IMG/VR virus record: IMGVR_UViG_3300009709_000001
Location: 253,336-317,335 of that record
DNA: 64,000 nt
Source: a virus
Taxonomy: Duplodnaviria; Heunggongvirae; Uroviricota; Caudoviricetes
Direction: 5' to 3' (one strand)
A program made the translations under genes and the position numbers. How positions within the stretch are numbered: position 1 is the stretch's first letter; every line of letters starts with the position of its first letter. Of this stretch, positions 1-8,259 are shown in pieces. The notes beneath the pieces were generated by a model. It did not search any database, had not been told where the DNA came from, and saw nothing but the letters and a program-made list of their open reading frames with translations.

Positions 1-97
1 AAAATTTCGCCTATAGAAGAAAGGTGACCTCTATAGGATTTGGATAGAATTTTTAGTTGCGGCTTGCCTCCGAAAAAAATAATTCGGTGGTCTCTAC

Positions 98-147
98 AGT
101 ATACACGCTGACTGGGATTTTTGCAACCTATTTTACATTTTGTTACA
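98..147 (-). promoter_or_regulatory. sigma70-like promoter with upstream direct-repeat box, firing out of the window
   Basis: Minus strand TGTAACAAAATGTAAA, then TTGCAA-N17-TATACT. Confidence 0.65.
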
Positions 148-155
148 AAGTAACC

Positions 156-189
156 AAAAAAAGGTAGCCTCGTGTTGCCACGGGCTACC
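156..189 (-). terminator. intrinsic terminator
   Basis: GGTAGCC...GGCTACC stem with A7 on its left (U-tract on minus strand). Confidence 0.6.
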
Positions 190-249
190 GTAAGGCGCGC
201 TCAGGTGCAGCGCGCAGCAGGGAGAAACTGTTACATCTATGTTCTTGAC

Positions 250-540
250 TTACGCCGCTTGCGGGCGTAGCATGGCGGGGAGCTGACCCGGCTCGAGCCC
301 GGCTTCGATCATGTCCCAGCCCTTGGGTGCCTTGAGCAGCAGGCCGTCGGGGGTATAGCCGTACGCCACACGCAGGGCCTGCAGCCGCACGTACAAGGGT
401 GCGACAACATCTGCGGCTGCAGCCACGGCAAGGCCTTCGGGGGCGGACTCCAGGGTGTCGAACAGGACATCCGCTTGTTGGATAGCATTCGACAGGGCCA
501 GCAAGGCCTGTCGTGCTTCTTGGTGCGTGATCGTGTGCAT
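250..540 (-). CDS. hypothetical early protein
   Basis: AGGAG RBS, own promoter, GC3-rich codons. Confidence 0.8.
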   Translation of the reverse strand: MHTITHQEARQALLALSNAIQQADVLFDTLESAPEGLAVAAAADVVAPLYVRLQALRVAYGYTPDGLLLKAPKGWDMIEAGLEPGQLPAMLRPQAA

Positions 541-579
541 GTGTGTGGCTCCTGCGGGTGGTTGTTTTGCTATGTATGT

Positions 580-628
580 ACTATAAGATCAACCTCGCGA
601 TGCGTCAACGCCTGTTACATCTTGTTGC
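580..628 (-). promoter_or_regulatory. sigma70 promoter with GTAACA box
   Basis: GCAACAAGATGTAACAG-gcg-TTGACG-N17-TATAGT. Confidence 0.85.
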
Positions 629-995
629 ATCTGCCTTGCGAGGCCGTTGTGTTATACTCGCGTACGGTCATAAACAAAATCTATTTGACACACCGTGGCG
701 AAAACCTCACTAGTGAAAACGCTATCAGTGTTTGCCATAGTACACGGAGCGCGCAAGTGTGTTAGTATGTATTCAACACAGCGCATAACAGCTCACCCAT
801 AACCCAGTCAAGCTCATGGGTATTGCGGCGCGCTGCTGTAGTCAAATAACAACAGCCCTGCGAGACATGCACTAAGCGAGGGAAGGGCACCCTCATAAAT
901 GTTGCCAAAATCCCACAGCGCGAGGACAAGTGAAGATGTAACAGACACCCTAAACTGTAACAAGATATAACTAACATCCTGTTACATCTTGCACT

Positions 996-1169
996 CTACA
1001 GTTCGCTACCAGCCATGAACGCTGCTGTCGCGTCGTCGACTTCCTCTTCGTGTGCCTCTTCCAGTGTGGAGTAGCCATGACGCGAGCCCATGCTCCCCAT
1101 CATGTGCCAGAAGAAGTCCAGGTCCGTCTGTGCGACGGTGTGCTCGATGCTGTCGCAGTGGATGCTCAT
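996..1169 (-). CDS. hypothetical protein (57 aa, MSIHCDSIEH..., not in ORF track)
   Basis: Hand translation; follows 1179-1403. Confidence 0.65.
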   Translation of the reverse strand: MSIHCDSIEHTVAQTDLDFFWHMMGSMGSRHGYSTLEEAHEEEVDDATAAFMAGSEL

Positions 1170-1178
1170 GCTGTGCTC

Positions 1179-1403
1179 CTACCAGGGGATGATTTGGGTC
1201 TTGGCGCGCATGCCGTTTGCCAGTTGCCACACGCGGCACTCCTGCAAGCTGCCAATCATGTGTGCGCTGCACGCGCACACACCGGGGATCTTACCCGCGT
1301 CGCTGACAACGGTGTGGCTGAAGGGCACGTGGGCGCCGTCACTCTCTTCCCAGCGCCTGCGGGTGCGTACATCCTGCTCTGCCAGTGGCTTCTCTTGGTT
1401 CAT
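1179..1403 (-). CDS. hypothetical protein
   Basis: AAGGAG RBS, promoter TAGACT-N17-CATAAT upstream. Confidence 0.75.
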   Translation of the reverse strand: MNQEKPLAEQDVRTRRRWEESDGAHVPFSHTVVSDAGKIPGVCACSAHMIGSLQECRVWQLANGMRAKTQIIPW

Positions 1404-1654
1404 CGCTTCTCCTTGTTGCGATGTATGTATTATGTGTTCATGCGCGCGTGCAGTCTAGTCAATTTACAATCTGTTACATCTGTTTCGCCTCGCAAAGAAG
1501 CCCGCCAGAATGCCTCCTAAGGTGCGAGGCCAAATTGAAAAAGTGAATCCAGGCTCCAAATCCACACAGGAATTGGAACCCGAAAAGGAAAATTGTCAAC
1601 CGAAATTACGTGTGTAAATCCGGTTGACTTTTCTGTGCAGGCCGTTTAGGCTGG

Positions 1655-1888
1655 TTACAGGCCAGCGGCCAGACGGTGACCCTGTGCACGGCGCACGAGG
1701 GCAGCGGCCTTCTTCAGGTGGGGGTTGACCTTCTGGCCGATGTAGGTGCCGCCGAGGGGCGTGGGATTGATGATGGCGCCCAGGATGACGGGGAAGTTCA
1801 GCTTGGGGACACGGCCGCCGCTGCCACGCAGACCCCTGGAGTGGTACTTGGGCTTCGCCTGCTGGGGCTTCTTTTCCTTGTCGGACAT
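1655..1888 (-). CDS. small basic hypothetical protein (MSDKEKKPQQ...)
   Basis: AGGAG RBS; promoter 1923-1971. Confidence 0.8.
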   Translation of the reverse strand: MSDKEKKPQQAKPKYHSRGLRGSGGRVPKLNFPVILGAIINPTPLGGTYIGQKVNPHLKKAAALVRRAQGHRLAAGL

Positions 1889-1922
1889 GGTGTGCTCCTT
1901 TGCACTGTTGGTTGATGTTGTT

Positions 1923-1971
1923 ACTATAACGCCACTTGGTGGTAGCGTCAACCGCTGTTACATCTTGTTAC
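1923..1971 (-). promoter_or_regulatory. sigma70 promoter with GTAACA box
   Basis: GTAACAAGATGTAACAG-cgg-TTGACG-N17-TATAGT. Confidence 0.85.
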
Positions 1972-2165
1972 GCCTGCTCGATGTGCTGGGCGACAATGCG
2001 GGCCGCGCTGTCCACACCATCGTGCATGTTGATGACACCGCTCTCCATGAGGTTCCAGCAGAGGTCGCCGCTGTCGTTGAGGTCGTACTGGTCTTTCACA
2101 GCCTTGTCAACCTCTTTCGCAAAGATGTGGTGTTCAGTGGGATCGATGCTGACGGGCAGTTCCAC
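1968..2165 (-). CDS. hypothetical protein
   Basis: ORF downstream of boxed promoter; start uncertain. Confidence 0.65.
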   Translation of the reverse strand: MELPVSIDPTEHHIFAKEVDKAVKDQYDLNDSGDLCWNLMESGVINMHDGVDSAARIVAQHIEQA

Positions 2166-2230
2166 GTAACACCGATCGGTGTCTCCCAGGGGTTCTTGGG
2201 GCGTGATGCTCTCCTGCTGTTGATGTTGTT

Positions 2231-2279
2231 ACTATAGCTTCACCTCGCGACGTTGTCTACACCTGTTACATCTTGTTAC
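2231..2279 (-). promoter_or_regulatory. sigma70 promoter with GTAACA box
   Basis: GTAACAAGATGTAACAG-gtg-TAGACA-N17-TATAGT. Confidence 0.85.
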
Positions 2280-2331
2280 GAGGCCATTGCAGCCAAAACG
2301 AAAGGGGACTAGAATCCCCTTAGCGCTGTTT

Positions 2332-2535
2332 TCAGTGGTGACGGATGGTTAACCCCTCCACGTCATAGCCGTCGACGTATGCACGCCTATACGCCACGTA
2401 GGGCACCGGAATTTGAAACTTCTTGTACAGGTCGATGACTTCCTGCAGCTTGCCACGGTTGACAGTGTGGCCAGCCTTCACAGCCACTGCCACCGCCACA
2501 ATGGTTGTAGCGGAATTGTTGTCGATTTGCAACAT
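2332..2535 (-). CDS. hypothetical protein
   Basis: Operonic ORF, terminator-like hairpin at ~2295-2322. Confidence 0.7.
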   Translation of the reverse strand: MLQIDNNSATTIVAVAVAVKAGHTVNRGKLQEVIDLYKKFQIPVPYVAYRRAYVDGYDVEGLTIRHH

Positions 2536-2539
2536 GATG

Positions 2540-2854
2540 TTAGTCGTTCCAGATAGTCAGATACCAGCCCGCGAGCTTGGGGTGCGCGCGGAGCGTCTCG
2601 TGTGTGGGCTTGAATGTCCACTGCACCACGTCGTTGTCAGCATCCGTCTCCGGGCTCTGCAGGTACCAATGCGTGCGGTTGCCCGTCTCGGGGTTGTCCA
2701 ACGTGATGCCCACGTCGCACGCATCGTCGTACAGGGGACCAAACGGTTCCATCCCTGCCCTGAAACCCAGGCTGCTAGCCTCTGCGCTGAAATACTTCTC
2801 CTCCGCATTGCGGGTGAAGTCCAGCGTAAGGCGAATGTGGGGGTTGAGTTGCAT
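2540..2854 (-). CDS. hypothetical protein
   Basis: AAGGAG RBS, own promoter. Confidence 0.8.
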   Translation of the reverse strand: MQLNPHIRLTLDFTRNAEEKYFSAEASSLGFRAGMEPFGPLYDDACDVGITLDNPETGNRTHWYLQSPETDADNDVVQWTFKPTHETLRAHPKLAGWYLTIWND

Positions 2855-2879
2855 GGTTGCTCCTTGCTGCTATGTGTTC

Positions 2880-2927
2880 AGTATAGCATCAAGAAGCGCA
2901 GCGTCAACCCCTGTTACATCTGCTTAC
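2880..2927 (-). promoter_or_regulatory. sigma70 promoter with GTAACA box
   Basis: GTAAGCAGATGTAACAG-ggg-TTGACG-N16-TATACT. Confidence 0.8.
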
Positions 2928-3061
2928 AAGGCCAGAATGCCGTTGACAACGTCTCGCGTTTCGTTGTAGAGTTTCAGCAAGGCAGCATCGCCCAGCTGTG
3001 CGAGATGGCGCTCGCTGTGCTGCGAGTGCTCGAGGAGGTATTCGGTGATGAGCTTGCGCAT
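2924..3061 (-). CDS. hypothetical protein (MRKLITEY...)
   Basis: Internal ATG of track ORF 2924-3205. Confidence 0.6.
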   Translation of the reverse strand: MRKLITEYLLEHSQHSERHLAQLGDAALLKLYNETRDVVNGILAL

Positions 3062-3063
3062 GG

Positions 3064-3240
3064 CTAGGCCTGCTTGATGAGGTTGATGAGTGCGTCCTGC
3101 GTGAACTGCCCGTACTGCTGGGCGAACGCGGGGTCCGTGCAGGCGTGCTTCATTGCGAGGGCCACCGCAGTGGCTTCCATGTGCGTTGCCCCGCTCGCCG
3201 TACACTGGGCAACGATTTTGTTGAAAGTGGCTTCGTCCAC
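3064..3240 (-). CDS. hypothetical protein (GTG start, 58 aa)
   Basis: AGGAG RBS; hand translation VDEATFNKIV...LIKQA. Confidence 0.65.
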   Translation of the reverse strand: MDEATFNKIVAQCTASGATHMEATAVALAMKHACTDPAFAQQYGQFTQDALINLIKQA

Positions 3241-3266
3241 AATGTGGCTCCTGTTACGATGCTTCT

Positions 3267-3315
3267 ATAATAGCACCACTTAGTGGGTGTGTCTACCTCT
3301 GTTACATCTTGTTAC
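3267..3315 (-). promoter_or_regulatory. sigma70 promoter with GTAACA box
   Basis: GTAACAAGATGTAACAG-agg-TAGACA-N17-TATTAT. Confidence 0.8.
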
Positions 3316-3556
3316 GCCTGCGCTGCAACCCATCCTCGTGCCGCTTGTTCATGCTGCGCATGGTGGCCCACGCCAATGCGAGGGCGTGCGGCTTGGGGAC
3401 ACGCCAGGTGCCATCCTCGTGAAGGACTTCATCCGCGTGTCCACCTCGGCAGGGGATGATGTAGCAGTCGTCGTCGAAATCCCACACCACTTTCACCTCG
3501 TCCGCGGCTTCCTGCTGCAGGGTGAGGGGCAAGCAGTAAACGCCTTCAATAAGCAT
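3302..3556 (-). CDS. hypothetical protein
   Basis: AAGGAG RBS, own promoter 3579-3623. Confidence 0.75.
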   Translation of the reverse strand: MLIEGVYCLPLTLQQEAADEVKVVWDFDDDCYIIPCRGGHADEVLHEDGTWRVPKPHALALAWATMRSMNKRHEDGLQRRRNKM

Positions 3557-3578
3557 GGGAACTCCTTAACATGCCTAC

Positions 3579-3623
3579 AGTTTAGCACCGCTATATATAC
3601 TGTCAACCGCTGTTACATCTTAC
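3579..3623 (-). promoter_or_regulatory. sigma70 promoter with GTAACA box
   Basis: GTAAGATGTAACAG-cgg-TTGACA-N16-TAAACT. Confidence 0.75.
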
Positions 3624-3790
3624 CCGCCTTGGGCCTCGTGATGTGTACTTTTGTAAAGCATTGTAAAGGAACGTAAAGCAGCAAAAAACGGTAGACAGCC
3701 CCTCGCGATTCTGATATAGTACATACATGGACAGCAAACAAGCAAACAACAAAGGCAAGCGCGCTGTTCATAGCGCTTACGCAACAAATC

Positions 3791-3834
3791 TTTACAATGT
3801 AACGGTTGACAGCAGCAGCGCAAACGGTTACTAT
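3791..3834 (+). promoter_or_regulatory. divergent sigma70 promoter with box
   Basis: TTTACAATGTAAC-gg-TTGACA-N17-TACTAT. Confidence 0.8.
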
Positions 3835-3871
3835 ATAGACACTTCCAACCCACAGTGCAAAGGAGCACAAA

Positions 3872-4429
3872 ATGGCAGACAAAGGAATCCGTCCCGAAGC
3901 CCTCCGTAAGTTCCTGCAGGACCTCCCGTCCCGCGAGAACACTCGCCTGGGCAACCGCAACTTCCGTGCAGGCGTCATCACGCACCTGATGGAACAGTTC
4001 AAGATCCCGCTGCACAGCGCGGCGACAGCGTACAACAACGCTTTCATCGCTGCGCGCGAGATGGCGGCGGGCAACGTCGAGAAGAAGATCGAGCCCAACG
4101 CGGAACTGGCAGCGCAGCTGGTGGGCCTGGGCCGCCCCGAGGACAAGAAGGGGGGCCGCAAGAAGAAGGCGGTTGCTCCGGCAGCGACCCCGGGCACGCC
4201 CGAGGTGGGCGGTGCGGCAAGTGACGTGCTGTCCAGCAACATCCTGGGCAGCGGCGAAGACGAGGGCGACGGCGACGAAACGCCCCCGACAGCCAAGGTG
4301 AAGGTCATCCAGCGCAACGGCAAGGCGGGGCCCTGGGAATTCGACGACGAGGCGGCCGCCCAGGAGTTCCTGGGCGAGAACACCGGCAAGGTGGGCCAGC
4401 CCAAGATGTTCATCGAAGGCAAGGAGTAA
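3872..4429 (+). CDS. putative helical DNA-binding protein, SAATxYN paralog family
   Basis: AGGAG RBS; FRxxV...SAATAYN...LGRPEDKKGGRK shared with 41152, 47651, 35969. Confidence 0.75.
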   Translation: MADKGIRPEALRKFLQDLPSRENTRLGNRNFRAGVITHLMEQFKIPLHSAATAYNNAFIAAREMAAGNVEKKIEPNAELAAQLVGLGRPEDKKGGRKKKAVAPAATPGTPEVGGAASDVLSSNILGSGEDEGDGDETPPTAKVKVIQRNGKAGPWEFDDEAAAQEFLGENTGKVGQPKMFIEGKE

Positions 4430-4436
4430 TCCGGAA

Positions 4437-4455
4437 GGGGGCGAAAGCCCCTTTT
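4437..4455 (+). terminator. intrinsic terminator
   Basis: GGGGC-GAAA-GCCCC-TTTT. Confidence 0.8.
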
Positions 4456-4481
4456 CGTTTGGCCGAAAAAAGGAGATCGAG

Positions 4482-4700
4482 ATGGCAAGCGCCGTTTATG
4501 AAGTTGACCACGAAACCCGTCTGGTTATGCCAGACACGGATTGGTCTTGCCAAGTCCTCGGCAAGATCGTGCAGCAGGGCCACGCGGTAATCAAGGTCGG
4601 AGAATCCCCCGAGTTGGTTGCCCGTGTGGAACGGGAGCGCACGCAAGCTGAACTCGACCGCCGGGACATCCTTGTCGCTGGCACGGGCATCGCACCCTAG
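4482..4700 (+). CDS. hypothetical protein
   Basis: AGGAG RBS. Confidence 0.75.
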   Translation: MASAVYEVDHETRLVMPDTDWSCQVLGKIVQQGHAVIKVGESPELVARVERERTQAELDRRDILVAGTGIAP

Positions 4701-5165
4701 GTCGGTTTTCAACGCAAGAAGGGCACTCCAGGTGCCCTATTCTCACGAGTAGATTGTCGGCAGTGAATAAGACAGTTTGGTGTCTTAGGCCGAGTAATAT
4801 GTTATGCCGATCTACTTTGCGACGCTTGCAATGTTTCTATTCTTGAAAGATTGCAGTGGCACCAACCTGTGCACAGGTCTTACCCTCAGATCACAAATCA
4901 AACAGCTCCATTGTTTCGATTGTCCTCGTATGCGAGGCAGAGCCCATGATTAGACCTGGTTGTTCATCTAGGATAGCTACCTATGCGGCTACACTAGGCA
5001 TTGCGAGGCAGGATTAGCCGAAAAAGGTGGAATCTAAAGAGCTGTCTCGCGTTTGAAGGTGCAGGTGCAGGTGACAGGCTTGCGTCAGAACCTGTCGCAA
5101 ATTTCCAATTTTGATTTCCAAATCTGAATTGGAAACCTAAAAAGGAAAATTGGGCCTGTTAGTTG

Positions 5166-5390
5166 CTACGAGCCCTCTGAGTCATAGCGGCCAAGCAACT
5201 CGTTAGTATCCGGCGGTTTGCATGCGCTGCAGGGGCTGTCCTTGTACTGCCGATCCTGCTGTGCAAACACGCGGTTAGCGTAGCACATAAGCAACACCAT
5301 ACCGAAGCTGATGATGGCTCCACCCGTAGCACCAATACCGATGCCGAAGATACCCATCACACAGAAGAGATACATGAAGAACTTAATCAT
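5166..5390 (-). CDS. small membrane protein
   Basis: Two hydrophobic segments; start MIKFFMY. Confidence 0.7.
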   Translation of the reverse strand: MIKFFMYLFCVMGIFGIGIGATGGAIISFGMVLLMCYANRVFAQQDRQYKDSPCSACKPPDTNELLGRYDSEGS

Positions 5391-5613
5391 GGTTGCCCTT
5401 GACAACTTCGATGTCAGCGACGTTGGAATAGATCCAGCAGACAGCGCCGATGCATGCCAACGTGTTCGCAAGCGGAACCACACTCCAGAAAATGGTCCAG
5501 ATGATGTTTGCCACTGTGAGGCTGTCGCCTTTCTTAATTGCGAACATCCAAGCAATGGGAACCAGCACGGCGTACAGTGCAATGCACAGCAGGTATAATT
5601 CAATCGGGCCCAT
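5383..5613 (-). CDS. small membrane protein, PxxN family
   Basis: TM segments, VPLANT motif. Confidence 0.7.
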   Translation of the reverse strand: MGPIELYLLCIALYAVLVPIAWMFAIKKGDSLTVANIIWTIFWSVVPLANTLACIGAVCWIYSNVADIEVVKGNHD

Positions 5614-5658
5614 AGCAGTCCTTTCTTACTGCTATTGTACGCGCTGGGCCAAAGGCTG

Positions 5659-5952
5659 TCAATCCCTCAGCCGCAGTTTGTGAAGATCGATGCTGCGACA
5701 CACCATCTGGTTGTGCATCTCCCTTGCGGTGTGGCATGCCCTGTAGAAGTTTTCGTTGTTATCCGGACTCACATGGATGGTGTAGTGTCCAAAGGGATTC
5801 TGCCCCAGGTCACCCTTGTCTTCACAGATGAGGATGCCGTGGCACACATGGGAACTCTCGTTCCACTCCACTTCGACACCGTTCTTGAAGTCCGGGTCGT
5901 ACATGCGGCGGACTTCAAATTTGGAGACAGTCTCGACAATGGTTGCCATCAC
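5659..5952 (-). CDS. hypothetical protein
   Basis: ATGA-coupled operon. Confidence 0.75.
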   Translation of the reverse strand: MMATIVETVSKFEVRRMYDPDFKNGVEVEWNESSHVCHGILICEDKGDLGQNPFGHYTIHVSPDNNENFYRACHTAREMHNQMVCRSIDLHKLRLRD

Positions 5953-6311
5953 ACTTCCTTCCAGAACCAGGGTTGAATGATCTGTCCGGCACCGCTATAG
6001 CATTCATAGAGGTGCCGTGCTTGCTGCACTTTGATGCCGCGCAGTGCCTGCGTCACCGCATCACGGGCTTCCTTGCTGGTTGCCGACCAGGAGATCTCCC
6101 ACAGGGTATCCGAAAGCCAGTAGTCCCAGCGGCAGATGTCCCAGCCCGGGAAGTCCTGTAAGCAATCGACCGCATCCCACAGACGGATGCCATCAATGTT
6201 CTGGTCGTCGTGGTGTGCAACATTGAGCACGAGCTTGCCATGCCAATTGTGGTGCGACAGGTCCTTGAGTTCCACACAAGGCCAGTCTTCTTCGAGCTCA
6301 GCGGTTGTCAT
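5949..6311 (-). CDS. hypothetical protein
   Basis: ATGA-coupled operon. Confidence 0.75.
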   Translation of the reverse strand: MTTAELEEDWPCVELKDLSHHNWHGKLVLNVAHHDDQNIDGIRLWDAVDCLQDFPGWDICRWDYWLSDTLWEISWSATSKEARDAVTQALRGIKVQQARHLYECYSGAGQIIQPWFWKEV

Positions 6312-6595
6312 GGCTTGCGAAGCTCCTCTTCGAATTGTTCCCAGACGGCCTGTTCATTGCCGCACACTTCGGCGAACAGCATGTTCAGAACTTCGGTCAT
6401 GGCATCCGGGCTGTGCCCCAGCATGCGTTGAGTAGCTGCGATGAAGCCCTCGATGTCATCGGACATCAGGTAGCTGCGCATCGCCTCGCAATGCTGCACC
6501 ATGCTCAACGTGCCATCCTGGCCCCAAAGTGCTTTGGTATCCTGAATGTGCAAACGGACTTTGGTGAGCGCTTGGTTAACGCTATCGACTGACAT
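6308..6595 (-). CDS. hypothetical protein (MSVDSVNQ...)
   Basis: AAGGAG RBS; promoter TTGACA-N17-CATAAT. Confidence 0.75.
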   Translation of the reverse strand: MSVDSVNQALTKVRLHIQDTKALWGQDGTLSMVQHCEAMRSYLMSDDIEGFIAATQRMLGHSPDAMTEVLNMLFAEVCGNEQAVWEQFEEELRKP

Positions 6596-6654
6596 TAGGT
6601 GCTCCTTGCTGCTATGTAGAACATTATGCAGCAAAGGACCGGTCATGTCAACAG

Positions 6655-6963
6655 TTACTTGAAGGCCGATTCCCGCAGCACCACGCAGAAGGAGCGCTTG
6701 CAGCATGCCCAGTAGGGACCCTCGATGAAGTATCCCCCGAGGTAGGCAGCACCGTAATGCTTCTTCAATGCGGCGTCCAACTTCTTCTGCTTTTCTTGCG
6801 TGGCTTCCCACACATCGTCAGCCAGCCAGAGTTTCAGGCGCCGTTGACCATTCTTCCGCAGATGCGTGAAGGTCACGCGGGCATATTGACCCGATGTCTT
6901 GGGGTTGAAACCAGCTTCCTTCATGGCAGTCATGAGTGGCGCCTTGTAGTTCATCCTTGCCAT
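6655..6963 (-). CDS. hypothetical protein
   Basis: AAGGAG RBS. Confidence 0.75.
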   Translation of the reverse strand: MARMNYKAPLMTAMKEAGFNPKTSGQYARVTFTHLRKNGQRRLKLWLADDVWEATQEKQKKLDAALKKHYGAAYLGGYFIEGPYWACCKRSFCVVLRESAFK

Positions 6964-7021
6964 AACCTGCTCCTTGTTGCTATGTCTACATTATGCAGCT
7001 ATTGCAACGGACATACGACCG

Positions 7022-7168
7022 TTAAATGGAGACCAGCTCCGACCAATTGCGAGTGAAACCCTTCCTGTATTCTCGCCATTCTTGTGAATAGCAAGTGTAG
7101 GGATTAGCATATAATCCCAGCTTGGCATCTGCCTTGCCAAGGTTGTACGCATGATCATTTCGTGGCAT
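7022..7168 (-). CDS. hypothetical protein (MPRNDHAYNLG...)
   Basis: Internal start of track ORF. Confidence 0.55.
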   Translation of the reverse strand: MPRNDHAYNLGKADAKLGLYANPYTCYSQEWREYRKGFTRNWSELVSI

Positions 7169-7487
7169 CAGCGAACCAAACGTAGGCACCAGCCATGAAC
7201 AGCATCGAATCCCACGTCGGCTTGTCTTCGTCGTGGTCCATGTGCTGGTCGTAGTGGTCCTCCTGGATGAGGAGAAGATCGCGCAGGCCTTGACCTTCAC
7301 CCGGCTCGCACTCGTCGAAGCTCGTGGTGATGTCCGTACATCCGTTCCAGATGTATTCGTCGAACATGCGTGCGATCTCTTTTCGACCCGCACTATAGTC
7401 GACGCCCTTATCCATGTTCTGGAGGCATTCGATGATGTAGTCAGCCTCCTGTAGTGCATCCTGCGAGGGCGTATAGTCGTCAGACAT
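7155..7487 (-). CDS. acidic hypothetical protein
   Basis: AGGAG RBS, start MSDDYTP. Confidence 0.7.
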   Translation of the reverse strand: MSDDYTPSQDALQEADYIIECLQNMDKGVDYSAGRKEIARMFDEYIWNGCTDITTSFDECEPGEGQGLRDLLLIQEDHYDQHMDHDEDKPTWDSMLFMAGAYVWFADATK

Positions 7488-7494
7488 AGGGCTC

Positions 7495-7710
7495 CTAGTT
7501 ATGACGGCAAAGCTCTTGGGAGCCGAAGCCGTACTTCTGTTTGATGCGACAGAACAGATCCGAATCGATATGTACTGCACCCTTTTCGTCGGTCCACGCC
7601 ATAACGAAAACGGTTGCGTGCTTGTTCCGTTCCATGCTAGTGACAGACACAGCGGTCAACCGCAGCTTGCCTGCACCCGTCTCTTCGGGCTTGAGATTGA
7701 GGATGCTCAT
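7495..7710 (-). CDS. hypothetical protein (MSILNLKP...)
   Basis: Operonic. Confidence 0.65.
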   Translation of the reverse strand: MSILNLKPEETGAGKLRLTAVSVTSMERNKHATVFVMAWTDEKGAVHIDSDLFCRIKQKYGFGSQELCRHN

Positions 7711-7894
7711 TGCAACCTCAGCTGGCCGCCGTCGTAGAAAGCCGCCTTGGTGATCTCCACCGTCGGTGGCCCGCCTTGTCGGCACAGTAGTAGACGCGAA
7801 CCTGGTGGCCGCAGCGGCGAGCTTCGGCTACCGGCGCATCGGCCTCCTGCTGGGGGACCTTCAACGTCAGGACAGCGGTACCACTTGCAATCAT
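7707..7894 (-). pseudogene. small ORF with apparent 1-nt deletion (~7770)
   Basis: 188 nt from ATG to TGA; adding one base gives a 62-aa ORF; possible sequencing error. Confidence 0.45.
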
Positions 7895-7903
7895 TTTCGA
7901 CTC

Positions 7904-8215
7904 CTACAGAAACGGTCGGACAAACTTGTCAATGAGAAACTCTTTGGCAGCATGCTCCGACTTGAAGACCTGGCTGCCTTTTGCAACCATTGCTCGTATG
8001 CTAGTCTGCCATGACACTAGTATAAAGTTAGGGCTATACACCCGTATAGAGCCATCCAGAATAGCGGGCCGGGAATACGAAACTTCCCAGAAAGCTTTTC
8101 CATTCGCCTCAGCCTTTGTTACAGTGCCACCAAAGGGATTCGTCAACCCACCAAAGATCACCGTATCCGCTAGATTAATAGCAACCTGCTGTCGTGGTGA
8201 GATGGGCTCTTGCAT
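7904..8215 (-). CDS. hypothetical protein
   Basis: Promoter TTGACC-N17-CATAAT at ~8223-8251. Confidence 0.75.
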   Translation of the reverse strand: MQEPISPRQQVAINLADTVIFGGLTNPFGGTVTKAEANGKAFWEVSYSRPAILDGSIRVYSPNFILVSWQTSIRAMVAKGSQVFKSEHAAKEFLIDKFVRPFL

Positions 8216-8259
8216 TCTTGTATTATGCTACGAGCCTCGCATTTGGTCAACAGATTATT

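Noticed and set aside
580-3623. GTTACATCTTGTTAC repeats as a CRISPR array
   Set aside because: Copies are ~17 nt, irregularly spaced by whole genes and tied to promoters; no cas genes.
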